Notes under the pieces: model-generated
The model's database searches: none
Told to the model about the DNA's origin: nothing
The model's input: the letters and a program-made list of their open reading frames with translations, nothing else
Shown here: piece by piece, positions 10,301-22,900 of the stretch
Layout: each line of letters opens with the position of its first letter
Position numbering within the stretch: position 1 is the first letter of the stretch
Source: Eledone cirrhosa
Lineage: Eukaryota
DNA length: 64,000 bases
Reading direction: 5' to 3'
NCBI GenBank assembly: GCA_964016885.1
Contig: OZ024744.1
Location: 127,720,001 to 127,784,000, forward strand
Position numbers and translations under genes: made by a program

Positions 10301-13300
10301 AGTTGGGGTTAAGTTAAGTTGGGGTTAAGTTAAGTTGGGGTTAAATTAAGTTGGGGTTCAGTTAAGTTGGGGTTAAATTAAGTTGGGGTTAAGTTAAGTT
10401 GGGGTTAGTTAAGTTGGGGTTAAGTTAAGTTGGGGTTAAGTTAAGTTGGGGTTAAGTTAAGCTGGGGGTAAGTTAAGTTGGGTGTAAGTTAAGTTGGGGT
10501 TAAGTTAAGTTGGGGTTAAGTTAAGTTGGGGTTAAATTAAGTTGGGGTTAAGTTAAGTTGGGGTTATGTTAAGTTGGGGTTAAGTTAAGTTGCGGTTAAG
10601 TTAAGTTGGGGTTAAGTTAAGTTGGGGTTAAGTTAAGTTGGGGTTAAGTTAAGTTGGAGTTAAGTTAAGTTGGGGTTAACTTAAGTTGGGGTTAAGTTGG
10701 GGTTAAGTTAAGTTGGGGTTAAGTTAAGTTGGGGGTTAGTTAAGTTGGGGGCAAGTTAAGTTGGGGTTAATTTAAGTTGGGGTTAAGTTAAGTTGGGGTT
10801 ATGTTAAGTGGGGGTTAAGTTAAGTTGGGGTTAAGTTAAGTTGGGGGTAAGTTAAGTTGGGGTTAAGTTAAGTTGGGGGTAAGTTAAGTTGGGGGTAAGT
10901 TAAGTTGAGGCTAAGTTAAAGTGGGGTTAAGTTAAGTTGGGGTTAAGTTAAGCTGGGGGTAAGTTAAGTTGGGTGTAAGTTAAGTTGGGGTTAAGTTAAG
11001 TTGGGGTTAATTTAAGTTGGGGTTAAATTAAGTTGGGGTTAAGTTAAGTTGGGGTTATGTTAAGTTGGGGTTAAGTTAAGTTGGGGTTAAGTTAAGTTGG
11101 AGTTAAGTTAAGTTGGGGTTAAGCTAAGTTGGGGTTCAGTTAAGTTGGGGTTAAGTTAATTTGCGGTTAAGTTAAGTTGTGGGTAAGTTAAGTTGGGGTA
11201 AGTTAAGTTGGGGGTAAGTTAAGTTGGGGTTAAGTTAAGTTGGGGTTAAATTAAGTTGGGGTTAAGTTAAGTTGGGGTTAAGTTAAGTTGGGGTTAAGTT
11301 AAGTTGGGGGTAAGTTAAGTTGGGGCTAAGTTAAGTTGGGGTTAAGTTAAGTTGGGGTTAACTTAAGTTGGGGTTAAGTTAAGTTGGGGCTAAGTTAAGT
11401 TGGGGCTAAGTTAAGTTGGGGCTGAGTTAAGTTGGGGTTAAGTTAAGTTCGGGTTGAGTTAAGTTGGGGGTAAGTTAAGTTGGGGCTAAGTTAAGTTGGG
11501 GCTAAGTCAAGTTGGGGTTAAGTTAAGTTGAGGTTAACTTAAGTTGGGGTTAAGTTAAGTTGGGGTTAAGTTAAGTTGGGGTTAATGTAAGTTGGGGTTA
11601 AGTTAAGTTGGGGCTAAGTTAAGTTGGGGCTAAGTTAAGTTGGGGCTGAGTTAAGTTGGGGTTAAGTTGGGGTTGAGTTAAGTTGGGGTTAAGTTAAGTT
11701 GGGATTAAGTTAAGTTGGGGTTAAGTTAAGTTCGGGTTGAGTTAAGTTGGGGTTAAGTTAAGTTGGGGTTAAGTTAAGTTGGGGTTGAGTTAATTTGGGG
11801 TTAAGTTAAGTTGGGGTTAACTTAAGTTGGGGTTAAGTTAAGTTGGGGTTAAGTTAAGTTGGGGGTAAGTTAAATTGGGGGCAAGTTGAGTTGGGGTTAA
11901 GTTAAGTTGGGGTTAAGTTAAGGTGGGGGTAAGTTAAGTTGGGGGTAAGTTAAGTTGGGGTTAAGTTAAGTTGGGGTTAAGTTAAGTTGGGGCTAAGTTA
12001 AGTTGGGGCTAAGTTAAGTTGGGGCTGAGTTAAGTTGGGGTTAAGTTAAGTTGGGGTTGAGTTAAGTTGGGGTTAAGTTAAGTTGGGGTTAAGTTGGGGT
12101 TAAGTTAAGTTGGGGTTAAATTAAGTTGGGGGTTAGTTAAATTGGGGCAAGTTAAGTTGGGGTTATGTTAAGTTGGGGTTAAGTTAAGTTGGGGTTAAGT
12201 TAAGTTGGGGGTAAGTTAAGTTGGGGTTAAGTTAAGTTGGGGGTAAGTTAAGTTGAGGGTAAGTTAAGTTGGGGTTAAGTTAAGTTGGGGTTAAATTAAG
12301 TTGGGGGTAAGTTAAGTTGGGGGTAAGTTAAGTTGGGGTTAAGTTAAGTTGGGGTTAAATTAAGTTGAGGTTAAGTTAAGTTGGGGTTAAGTTAAGTTGG
12401 GGTTAAGTTAAGTTGGGGGTAAGATAAGTTGGGGTTAAATTAAGTTGGGGGTAAGTTAAGTTGGGGGTAAGTTAAGTTGGGGTTAAGTTAAGTTGGGGTT
12501 AAATTAAGTTGAGGTTAAGTTAAGTTGGGGTTAAGTTAAATTGGGGTTAATTTAAGTTGGGGGTAAGATAAGTTGGGGCTAAGTTAAGTTGGGGCTAAGT
12601 CAAGTTGGGGTTAAGTCAAGTTGAGGTTAACTTAAGTTGGGGTTATGTTAAGTTGGGGTTAAGTTGGGGCTAAGTTAAGTTGGGGCTGAGTTAAGTTGGG
12701 GTTAAGTTAAGTTGGGGTTGAGTTAAGTTGGGGTTAAGTTAAGTTGGGATTAAGTTAAGTTGGGGTTAAGTTAAGTTCGGCTTGAGTTAAGTTGGGGTTA
12801 AGTTAAGTTGGGGTTGAGTTAATTTGGGGTTAAGTTAAGTTGGGGTTAACTTAAGTTGGGGTTAAGTTGGGGTTAAGTTAAGTTGGGGTTAAGTTAAGTT
12901 GGGGGTAGGTTGAGTTGGGGGCAAGTTAAGTTGGGGTTAAGTTAAGTTGGGGTTAAGTTAAGTTGGGTTTAAGTTAAGTTGGGGCTAAGTTAAGTTGGGG
13001 CTAAGTTAAGTTGGGGCTGAGTTAAGTTGGGGTTAAGTTAAGTTGGGATTGAGTTAAGTTGGGGTTATGTTAAGTTAGGGTTGAGTTAAGTTGGGGTTGA
13101 GTTAAGTTGGGGTTGAGTTAAGTTGGGGTTAAATTTAGTTGGCGTTAAGTTAAGTTGGGGTTAAGTTAAGTTGGGGTTAAGTTAATTTGCGGTTAAGTTA
13201 GGTTGTGGGTTAAGTTAAGTTGGGTTTAAGTTAAGTTGGGGGTAAGTTAAGTTGGGGTTAAGTTAATTTGCGGTTAAGTTAGGTTGTGGGTTAAGTTAAG

Positions 13301-13999
13301 TTGGGGTTAAGTTAAGCTGGGGTCAAGTTGGGGTAAGTTAAGTTGGGGGTAAGTTAAGTTGGGGTTAAGTTAAGTTGGGGTTAAGTTAAGTTGGGGTTAA
13401 TTTAAGTTGGGTTTAAGTTAAGTTGGGGGTAAGTTAAGTTGGGGTTAAGTTAATTTGCGGTTAAGTTAGGTTGTGGGTTAAGTTAAGTTGGGGTTAAGTT
13501 AAGCTGGGGTTAAGTTGGGGTAAGTTAAGTTGGGGTTAAGTTAAGTTGGGGTTAAGTTAAGTTGGGGTTAAGTTAAGTTGGGGGTAAGTTAAGTTGGGGG
13601 CAAGTTAAGTTGGGGTTAAGTTAAGTTGGGGTTAAGTTAAGTTGGGGTTGAGTTAAGTTGGGGTTGAGTTAAGTTGGGGTTAAGTTAAGTTAGGGTTAAT
13701 TTCAGTTGGGGTTATGTTAAGTTGGGGTTAAGTTAAGTTGGGGTTAAGTTAAAGTTGGGGTTAAGTTCAGTTGGGGTTAATTTCAGTTGGGGTTATGTTA
13801 AGTTGGGGTTAAGTTAAGTTGGGGTTAAGTTAAAGTTGGGGTTAAGTTAAGTTGGGGTAAAGTTAAGTTAGGGTTAAGTTAAGTTGGGGTTAAGTTAAGT
13901 TGGGGTTAAATTAAGTTGGGGTTCAGTTAAGTTGGGGTTAAATTAAGTTGGGGTTAAGTTAAGTTGGGGTTAGTTAAGTTGGGGTTAAGTTAAGTTGGG

Positions 14000-16900
14000 G
14001 TTAAGTTAAGTTGGGGTTAAGTTAAGCTGGGGGTAAGTTAAGTTGGGTGTAAGTTAAGTTGGCGTTAAGTTAAGTTGGGGTTAAGTTAAGTTGGGGTTAA
14101 ATTAAGTTGGGGTTAAGTTAAGTTGGGGTTATGTTAAGTTGGGGTTAAGTTAAGTTGCGGTTAAGTTAAGTTGGGGTTAAGTTAAGTTGGGGTTAAGTTA
14201 AGTTGGGGTTAAGTTAAGTTGGAGTTAAGTTAAGTTGGGGTTAACTTAAGTTGGGGTTAAGTTGGGGTTAAGTTAAGTTGGGGTTAAGTTAAGTTGGGGG
14301 TTAGTTAAGTTGGGGGCAAGTTAAGTTGGGGTTAATTTAAGTTGGGGTTAAGTTAAGTTGGGGTTATGTTAAGTTGGGGTTAAGTTAAGTTGGGGTTAAG
14401 TTAAGTTGGGGGTAAGTTAAGTTGGGGTTAAGTTAAGTTGGGGGTAAGTTAAGTTGGGGGTAAGTTAAGTTGAGGCTAAGTTAAAGTGGGGTTAAGTTAA
14501 GTTGGGGTTAAATTGAGTTGGGGGTAAGTTAAGTTGGGGGTAAGTTAAGTTGGGGTTAAGTTAAGTTGGGGTTAAATTAAGTTGAGGTTAAGTTAAGTTG
14601 GGGTTAAGTTAAGTTGGGGTTAAGTTAAGTTGGGGGTAAGATAAGTTGGGGCTAAGTTAAGTTGGGGCTAAGTCAAGTTGGGGTTAAGTCAAGTTGAGGT
14701 TAACTTAAGTTGGGGTTAAGTTAAGTTGGGGTTAAGGTAAGTTGGGGTTATGTTAAGTTGGGGCTAAGTTAAGTTGGGGCTAAGTTAAGTTGGGGCTGAG
14801 TTAAGTTGGGGTTAAGTTAAGTTGGGGTTGAGTTAAGTTGGGGTTAAGTTAAGTTGGGATTAAGTTAAGTTGGGGTTAAGTTAAGTTCGGCTTGAGTTAA
14901 GTTGGGGTTAAGTTAAGTTGGGGTTAATTTAAGTTCGGGTTAAGTTAAGTTGGGGTTAAGATAAGTTGGGGTTAAGTTAAGTTTGGGTTAAGTTAAGTTG
15001 GGGTTGAGTTAATTTGGGGTTAAGTTAAGTTGGGGTTAACTTAAGTTGGGGTTAAGTTGGGGTTAAGTTAAGTTGGGGTTAAGTTAAGTTGGGGTTAAGT
15101 TAAGTTGGGGTTAAGTTAAGTTGGGTTTAAGTTAAGTTGGGTTTAAGTTAAGTTGGGGCTAAGTTAAGTTGGGGCTAAGTTAAGTTGGGGCTGAGTTAAG
15201 TTGGGGTTAAGTTAAGTTGGGGTTGAGTTAAGTTGGGGTTATGTTAAGTTAGGGTTGAGTTAAGTTGGGGTTGAGTTAAGTTGGGGTTAAGTTAAGTTGG
15301 GGGTAAGTTAAGTTGGGGTTAAGTTAAGTTGGGGTTAAGTTAAGTTGGGTTTAAGTTAAGTTGGGGCTAAGTTAAGTTGGGGCTAAGTTAAGTTGGGGCT
15401 GAGTTAAGTTGGGGTTAAGTTAAGTTGGGGTTGAGTTAAGTTGGGGTTATGTTAAGTTAAGGTTGAGTTAAGTTGGGGTTGAGTTAAGTTGGGGTTGAGT
15501 TAAGTAGGGGTTAAGTTAAGTTGGCGTTAAGTTAAGTTGGGGTTAAGTTAAGTTGGGGTCAAGTTAATTTGCGGTTAAGTTAGGTTGTGGGTTAAGTTAA
15601 GTTGGGGTTAAGTTAAGCTGGGGTTAAGTTGGGGTAAGTTAAGTTGGGGGTAAGTTAAGTTGGGGTTAAGTTAAGTTGGGGTTAAGTTAAGTTGGGGTTG
15701 AGTTAAGTTGGGGTTGAGTTAAGTTGGGGTTGAGTTAAGTTGGGGTTAAGTTAAGTTGGGGTTAAGTTAGGTTGGGGTTAAATTAAGTTGGGGTTAAGTT
15801 AAGTTGGGGGTAAGTTAAGTTGGGGTTAAGTTAAGTTGGGGTTAAGTTAAGTTGGGGTTAAGTTAAGTTGGGGTTAAGTTAAGTTAAGGTTAATTTCAGT
15901 TGGGGTTATGTTAAGTTGGGGTTAAGTTAAGTTGGGGTTAAGTTAAAGTTGGGGTTAAGTTAAGTTGGGGTAAAGTTAAGTTAGGGTTAAGTTAAGTTGG
16001 GGTTAAGTTAAGTTGGGGTTAAATTAAGTTGGGGTTAAGTTAAGTTGGGGTTAAGTTAAGTTGGGGTTCAGTTAAGTTGGGGTGAAATTAAGTTGGGGTT
16101 AAGTTAAGTTGGGGTTAGTTAAGTTGTGGTTAAGTTAAGTTGGGGTTAAGTTAAGTTGGGGTTAAGTTAAGTTGGAGTTAAGTTAAGTTGGGGTTAATTT
16201 AAGTTGTGGTTAAGTTAAGTTGGGGTTAAGTTAAGTTGGAGTTAAGTCAAGTTGGGGTTAAGTCAAGTTGGGGTTAAGTCAAGTTGGGGTTAAGTCAAGT
16301 TGGGGTTAAGTTAAGTTGGGGTTAAGTTAAGTTGGGGTTAAGTTAAGTTGGGGGTAAGTTAAGTTGCGTGTAAGTTAAGTTGGGGTTAAGTTAAGTTGGA
16401 GTTAAGTCAAGTTGGGGTTAAGTCAAGTTGGGGTTAAGTCAAGTTGGGGTTAAGTTAAGTTGGGGTTAAGTTAAGTTGGGGTTAAGTTAAGTTGGGGGTA
16501 AGTTAAGTTGCGTGTAAGTCAAGTTGGGGTTAAGTTAAGTTGGGGTTAAGTTAAGTTGGGGTTAATTTAAGTTGTGGTTAAGTTAAGTTGGGGTTAAGTT
16601 AAGTTGGAGTTAAGTCAAGTTGGGGTTAAGTCAAGTTGGGGTTAAGTTAAGTTGGGGTTAAGTTAAGTTGGGGTTAAGTTAAGCTGGGGGTAAGTTAAGT
16701 TGGGTGTAAGTTAAGTTGGGGTTAAGTTAAGTTGGGGTTAAGTTAAGTTGGGGTTAAATTAAGTTGGGGTTAAGTTAAGTTGGGGTTATGTTAAGTTGGG
16801 GTTAAGTTAAGTTGCGGTTAAGTTAAGTTGGGGTTAAGTTAAGTTGGGGTTAAGTTAAGTTGGGGTTAAGTTAAGTTGGAGTTAAGTTAAGTTGGGGTTA

Positions 16901-19900
16901 ACTTAAGTTGGGGTTAAGTTGGGGTTAAGTTAAGTTGGGGTTAAGTTAAGTTGGGGGTTAGTTAAGTTGGGGGCAAGTTAAGTTGGGGTTAATTTAAGTT
17001 GGGGTTAAGTTAAGTTGGGGTTATGTTAAGTTGGGGTTAAGTTAAGTTGGGGTTAAGTTAAGTTGGGGGTAAGTTAAGTTGGGGTTAAGTTAAGTTGGGG
17101 GTAAGTTAAGTTGGGGGTAAGTTAAGTTGAGGCTAAGTTAAAGTGGGGTTAAGTTAAGTTGGGGTTAAATTGAGTTGGGGGTAAGTTAAGTTGGGGGTAA
17201 GTTAAGTTGGGGTTAAGTTAAGTTGGGGTTAAATTAAGTTGAGGTTAAGTTAAGTTGGGGTTAAGTTAAGTTGGGGTTAAGTTAAGTTGGGGGTAAGATA
17301 AGTTGGGGCTAAGTTAAGTTGGGGCTAAGTCAAGTTGGGGTTAAGTCAAGTTGAGGTTAACTTAAGTTGGGGTTAAGTTAAGTTGGGGTTAAGGTAAGTT
17401 GGGGTTATGTTAAGTTGGGGCTAAGTTAAGTTGGGGCTAAGTTAAGTTGGGGCTGAGTTAAGTTGGGGTTAAGTTAAGTTGGGGTTGAGTTAAGTTGGGG
17501 TTAAGTTAAGTTGGGATTAAGTTAAGTTGGGGTTAAGTTAAGTTCGGCTTGAGTTAAGTTGGGGTTAAGTTAAGTTGGGGTTAATTTAAGTTCGGGTTAA
17601 GTTAAGTTGGGGTTAAGATAAGTTGGGGTTAAGTTAAGTTTGGGTTAAGTTAAGTTGGGGTTGAGTTAATTTGGGGTTGAGTTAAGTTGGGGTTAACTTA
17701 AGTTGGGGTTAAGTTGGGGTTAAGTTAAGTTGGGGTTAAGTTAAGTTGGGGTTAAGTTAAGTTGGGGTTAAGTTAAGTTGGGTTTAAGTTAAGTTGGGTT
17801 TAAGTTAAGTTGGGGCTAAGTTAAGTTGGGGCTAAGTTAAGTTGGGGCTGAGTTAAGTTGGGGTTAAGTTAAGTTGGGGTTGAGTTAAGTTGGGGTTATG
17901 TTAAGTTAGGGTTGAGTTAAGTTGGGGTTGAGTTAAGTTGGGGTTAAGTTAAGTTGGGGGTAAGTTAAGTTGGGGTTAAGTTAAGTTGGGGTTAAGTTAA
18001 GTTGGGTTTAAGTTAAGTTGGGGCTAAGTTAAGTTGGGGCTAAGTTAAGTTGGGGCTGAGTTAAGTTGGGGTTAAGTTAAGTTGGGGTTGAGTTAAGTTG
18101 GGGTTAAGTTAAGTTGGGGGTAAGTTAAGTTGGGGTTAAGTTAAGTTGGGGTTAAGTTAAGTTGGGGTTAAGTTAAGTTGGGGTTAAGTTAAGTTAAGGT
18201 TAATTTCAGTTGGGGTTATGTTAAGTTGGGGTTAAGTTAAGTTGGGGTTAAGTTAAAGTTGGGGTTAAGTTAAGTTGGGGTAAAGTTAAGTTAGGGTTAA
18301 GTTAAGTTGGGGTTAAGTTAAGTTGGGGTTAAATTAAGTTGGGGTTAAGTTAAGTTGGGGTTAAGTTAAGTTGGGGTTCAGTTAAGTTGGGGTGAAATTA
18401 AGTTGGGGTTAAGTTAAGTTGGGGTTAGTTAAGTTGTGGTTAAGTTAAGTTGGGGTTAAGTTAAGTTGGGGTTAAGTTAAGTTGGAGTTAAGTTAAGTTG
18501 GGGTTAATTTAAGTTGTGGTTAAGTTAAGTTGGGGTTAAGTTAAGTTGGAGTTAAGTCAAGTTGGGGTTAAGTCAAGTTGGGGTTAAGTCAAGTTGGGGT
18601 TAAGTTAAGTTGGGGTTAAGTTAAGTTGGGGTTAAGTTAAGTTGGGGGTAAGTTAAGTTGCGTGTAAGTTAAGTTGGGGTTAAGTTAAGTTGGAGTTAAG
18701 TCAAGTTGGGGTTAAGTCAAGTTGGGGTTAAGTCAAGTTGGGGTTAAGTTAAGTTGGGGTTAAGTTAAGTTGGGGTTAAGTTAAGTTGGGGGTAAGTTAA
18801 GTTGCGTGTAAGTCAAGTTGGGGTTAAGTTAAGTTGGGGTTAAGTTAAGTTGGGGTTAATTTAAGTTGTGGTTAAGTTAAGTTGGGGTTAAGTTAAGTTG
18901 GAGTTAAGTCAAGTTGGGGTTAAGTCAAGTTGGGGTTAAGTTAAGTTGGGGTTAAGTTAAGTTGGGGTTAAGTTAAGCTGGGGGTAAGTTAAGTTGGGTG
19001 TAAGTTAAGTTGGGGTTAAGTTAAGTTGGGGTTAAGTTAAGTTGGGGTTAAATTAAGTTGGGGTTAAGTTAAGTTGGGGTTATGTTAAGTTGGGGTTAAG
19101 TTAAGTTGCGGTTAAGTTAAGTTGGGGTTAAGTTAAGTTGGGGTTAAGTTAAGTTGGGGTTAAGTTAAGTTGGAGTTAAGTTAAGTTGGGGTTAACTTAA
19201 GTTGGGGTTAAGTTGGGGTTAAGTTAAGTTGGGGTTAAGTTAATTTGGGGGTTAGTTAAGTTGGGGGCAAGTTAAGTTGGGGTTAATTTAAGTTGGGGTT
19301 AAGTTAAGTTGGGGTTATGTTAAGTTGGGGTTAAGTTAAGTTGGGGTTAAGTTAAGTTGGGGGTAAGTTAAGTTGGGGTTAAGTTAAGTTGGGGGTAAGT
19401 TAAGTTGGGGGTAAGTTAAGTTGAGGCTAAGTTAAAGTGGGGTTAAGTTAAGTTGGGGTTAAATTGAGTTGGGGGTAAGTTAAGTTGGGGGTAAGTTAAG
19501 TTGGGGTTAAGTTAAGTTGGGGTTAAATTAAGTTGAGGTTAAGTTAAGTTGGGGTTAAGTTAAGTTGGGGTTAAGTTAAGTTGGGGGTAAGATAAGTTGG
19601 GGCTAAGTTAAGTTGGGGCTAAGTCAAGTTGGGGTTAAGTCAAGTTGAGGTTAACTTAAGTTGGGGTTAAGTTAAGTTGGGGTTAAGGTAAGTTGGGGTT
19701 ATGTTAAGTTGGGGCTAAGTTAAGTTGGGGCTAAGTTAAGTTGGGGCTGAGTTAAGTTGGGGTTAAGTTAAGTTGGGGTTGAGTTAAGTTGGGGTTAAGT
19801 TAAGTTGGGATTAAGTTAAGTTGGGGTTAAGTTAAGTTCGGCTTGAGTTAAGTTGGGGTTAAGTTAAGTTGGGGTTAATTTAAGTTCGGGTTAAGTTAAG

Positions 19901-22900
19901 TTGGGGTTAAGATAAGTTGGGGTTAAGTTAAGTTTGGGTTAAGTTAAGTTGGGGTTGAGTTAATTTGGGGTTAAGTTAAGTTGGGGTTAACTTAAGTTGG
20001 GGTTAAGTTGGGGTTAAGTTAAGTTGGGGTTAAGTTAAGTTGGGGTTAAGTTAAGTTGGGGTTAAGTTAAGTTGGGTTTAAGTTAAGTTGGGTTTAAGTT
20101 AAGTTGGGGCTAAGTTAAGTTGGGGCTAAGTTAAGTTGGGGCTGAGTTAAGTTGGGGTTAAGTTAAGTTGGGGTTGAGTTAAGTTGGGGTTATGTTAAGT
20201 TAGGGTTGAGTTAAGTTGGGGTTGAGTTAAGTTGGGGTTAAGTTAAGTTGGGGGTAAGTTAAGTTGGGGTTAAGTTAAGTTGGGGTTAAGTTAAGTTGGG
20301 TTTAAGTTAAGTTGGGGCTAAGTTAAGTTGGGGCTAAGTTAAGTTGGGGCTGAGTTAAGTTGGGGTTAAGTTAAGTTGGGGTTGAGTTAAGTTGGGGTTA
20401 TGTTAAGTTAGGGTTGAGTTAAGTTGGGGTTGAGTTAAGTTGGGGTTGAGTTAAGTAGGGGTTAAGTTAAGTTGGCGTTAAGTTAAGTTGGGGTTAAGTT
20501 AAGTTGGGGTCAAGTTAATTTGCGGTTAAGTTAGGTTGTGGGTTAAGTTAAGTTGGGGTTAAGTTAAGCTGGGGTTAAGTTGGGGTAAGTTAAGTTGGGG
20601 GTAAGTTAAGTTGGGGTTAAGTTAAGTTGGGGTTAAGTTAAGTTGGGGTTGAGTTAAGTTGGGGTTGAGTTAAGTTGGGGTTGAGTTAAGTTGGGGTTAT
20701 TTTAAGTTGGGGTTAAGTTAAGTTGGGGTTAAATTAAGTTGGGGTTAAGTTAAGTTGGGGGTAAGTTAAGTTGGGGTTAAGTTAAGTTGGGGTTAAGTTA
20801 AGTTAAGGTTAATTTCAGTTGGGGTTATGTTAAGTTGGGGTTAAGTTAAGTTGGGGTTAAGTTAAAGTTGGGGTTAAGTTAAGTTGGGGTAAAGTTAAGT
20901 TAGGGTTAAGTTAAGTTGGGGTTAAGTTAAGTTGGGGTTAAATTAAGTTGGGGTTAAGTTAAGTTGGGGTTAAGTTAAGTTGGGGTTCAGTTAAGTTGGG
21001 GTGAAATTAAGTTGGGGTTAAGTTAAGTTGGGGTTAGTTAAGTTGTGGTTAAGTTAAGTTGGGGTTAAGTTAAGTTGGGGTTAAGTTAAGTTGGAGTTAA
21101 GTTAAGTTGGGGTTAATTTAAGTTGTGGTTAAGTTAAGTTGGGGTTAAGTTAAGTTGGAGTTAAGTCAAGTTGGGGTTAAGTCAAGTTGGGGTTAAGTCA
21201 AGTTGGGGTTAAGTTAAGTTGGGGTTAAGTTAAGTTGGGGTTAAGTTAAGTTGGGGGTAAGTTAAGTTGCGTGTAAGTTAAGTTGGGGTTAAGTTAAGTT
21301 GGAGTTAAGTCAAGTTGGGGTTAAGTCAAGTTGGGGTTAAGTCAAGTTGGGGTTAAGTTAAGTTGGGGTTAAGTTAAGTTGGGGTTAAGTTAAGTTGGGG
21401 GTAAGTTAAGTTGCGTGTAAGTCAAGTTGGGGTTAAGTTAAGTTGGGGTTAAGTTAAGTTGGGGTTAATTTAAGTTGTGGTTAAGTTAAGTTGGGGTTAA
21501 GTTAAGTTGGAGTTAAGTCAAGTTGGGGTTAAGTCAAGTTGGGGTTAAGTTAAGTTGGGGTTAAGTTAAGTTGGGGTTAAGTTAAGCTGGGGGTAAGTTA
21601 AGTTGGGTGTAAGTTAAGTTGGGGTTAAGTTAAGTTGGGGTTAAGTTAAGTTGGGGTTAAATTAAGTTGGGGTTAAGTTAAGTTGGGGTTATGTTAAGTT
21701 GGGGTTAAGTTAAGTTGCGGTTAAGTTAAGTTGGGGTTAAGTTAAGTTGGGGTTAAGTTAAGTTGGGGTTAAGTTAAGTTGGAGTTAAGTTAAGTTGGGG
21801 TTAACTTAAGTTGGGGTTAAGTTGGGGTTAAGTTAAGTTGGGGTTAAGTTAATTTGGGGGTTAGTTAAGTTGGGGGCAAGTTAAGTTGGGGTTAATTTAA
21901 GTTGGGGTTAAGTTAAGTTGGGGTTATGTTAAGTTGGGGTTAAGTTAAGTTGGGGTTAAGTTAAGTTGGGGGTAAGTTAAGTTGGGGTTAAGTTAAGTTG
22001 GGGGTAAGTTAAGTTGGGGGTAAGTTAAGTTGAGGCTAAGTTAAAGTGGGGTTAAGTTAAGTTGGGGTTAAATTGAGTTGGGGGTAAGTTAAGTTGGGGG
22101 TAAGTTAAGTTGGGGTTAAGTTAAGTTGGGGTTAAATTAAGTTGAGGTTAAGTTAAGTTGGGGTTAAGTTAAGTTGGGGTTAAGTTAAGTTGGGGGTAAG
22201 ATAAGTTGGGGCTAAGTTAAGTTGGGGCTAAGTCAAGTTGGGGTTAAGTCAAGTTGAGGTTAACTTAAGTTGGGGTTAAGTTAAGTTGGGGTTAAGGTAA
22301 GTTGGGGTTATGTTAAGTTGGGGCTAAGTTAAGTTGGGGCTAAGTTAAGTTGGGGCTGAGTTAAGTTGGGGTTAAGTTAAGTTGGGGTTGAGTTAAGTTG
22401 GGGTTAAGTTAAGTTGGGATTAAGTTAAGTTGGGGTTAAGTTAAGTTCGGCTTGAGTTAAGTTGGGGTTAAGTTAAGTTGGGGTTAATTTAAGTTCGGGT
22501 TAAGTTAAGTTGGGGTTAAGATAAGTTGGGGTTAAGTTAAGTTTGGGTTAAGTTAAGTTGGGGTTGAGTTAATTTGGGGTTAAGTTAAGTTGGGGTTAAC
22601 TTAAGTTGGGGTTAAGTTGGGGTTAAGTTAAGTTGGGGTTAAGTTAAGTTGGGGTTAAGTTAAGTTGGGGTTAAGTTAAGTTGGGTTTAAGTTAAGTTGG
22701 GTTTAAGTTAAGTTGGGGCTAAGTTAAGTTGGGGCTAAGTTAAGTTGGGGCTGAGTTAAGTTGGGGTTAAGTTAAGTTGGGGTTGAGTTAAGTTGGGGTT
22801 ATGTTAAGTTAGGGTTGAGTTAAGTTGGGGTTGAGTTAAGTTGGGGTTAAGTTAAGTTGGGGGTAAGTTAAGTTGGGGTTAAGTTAAGTTGGGGTTAAGT

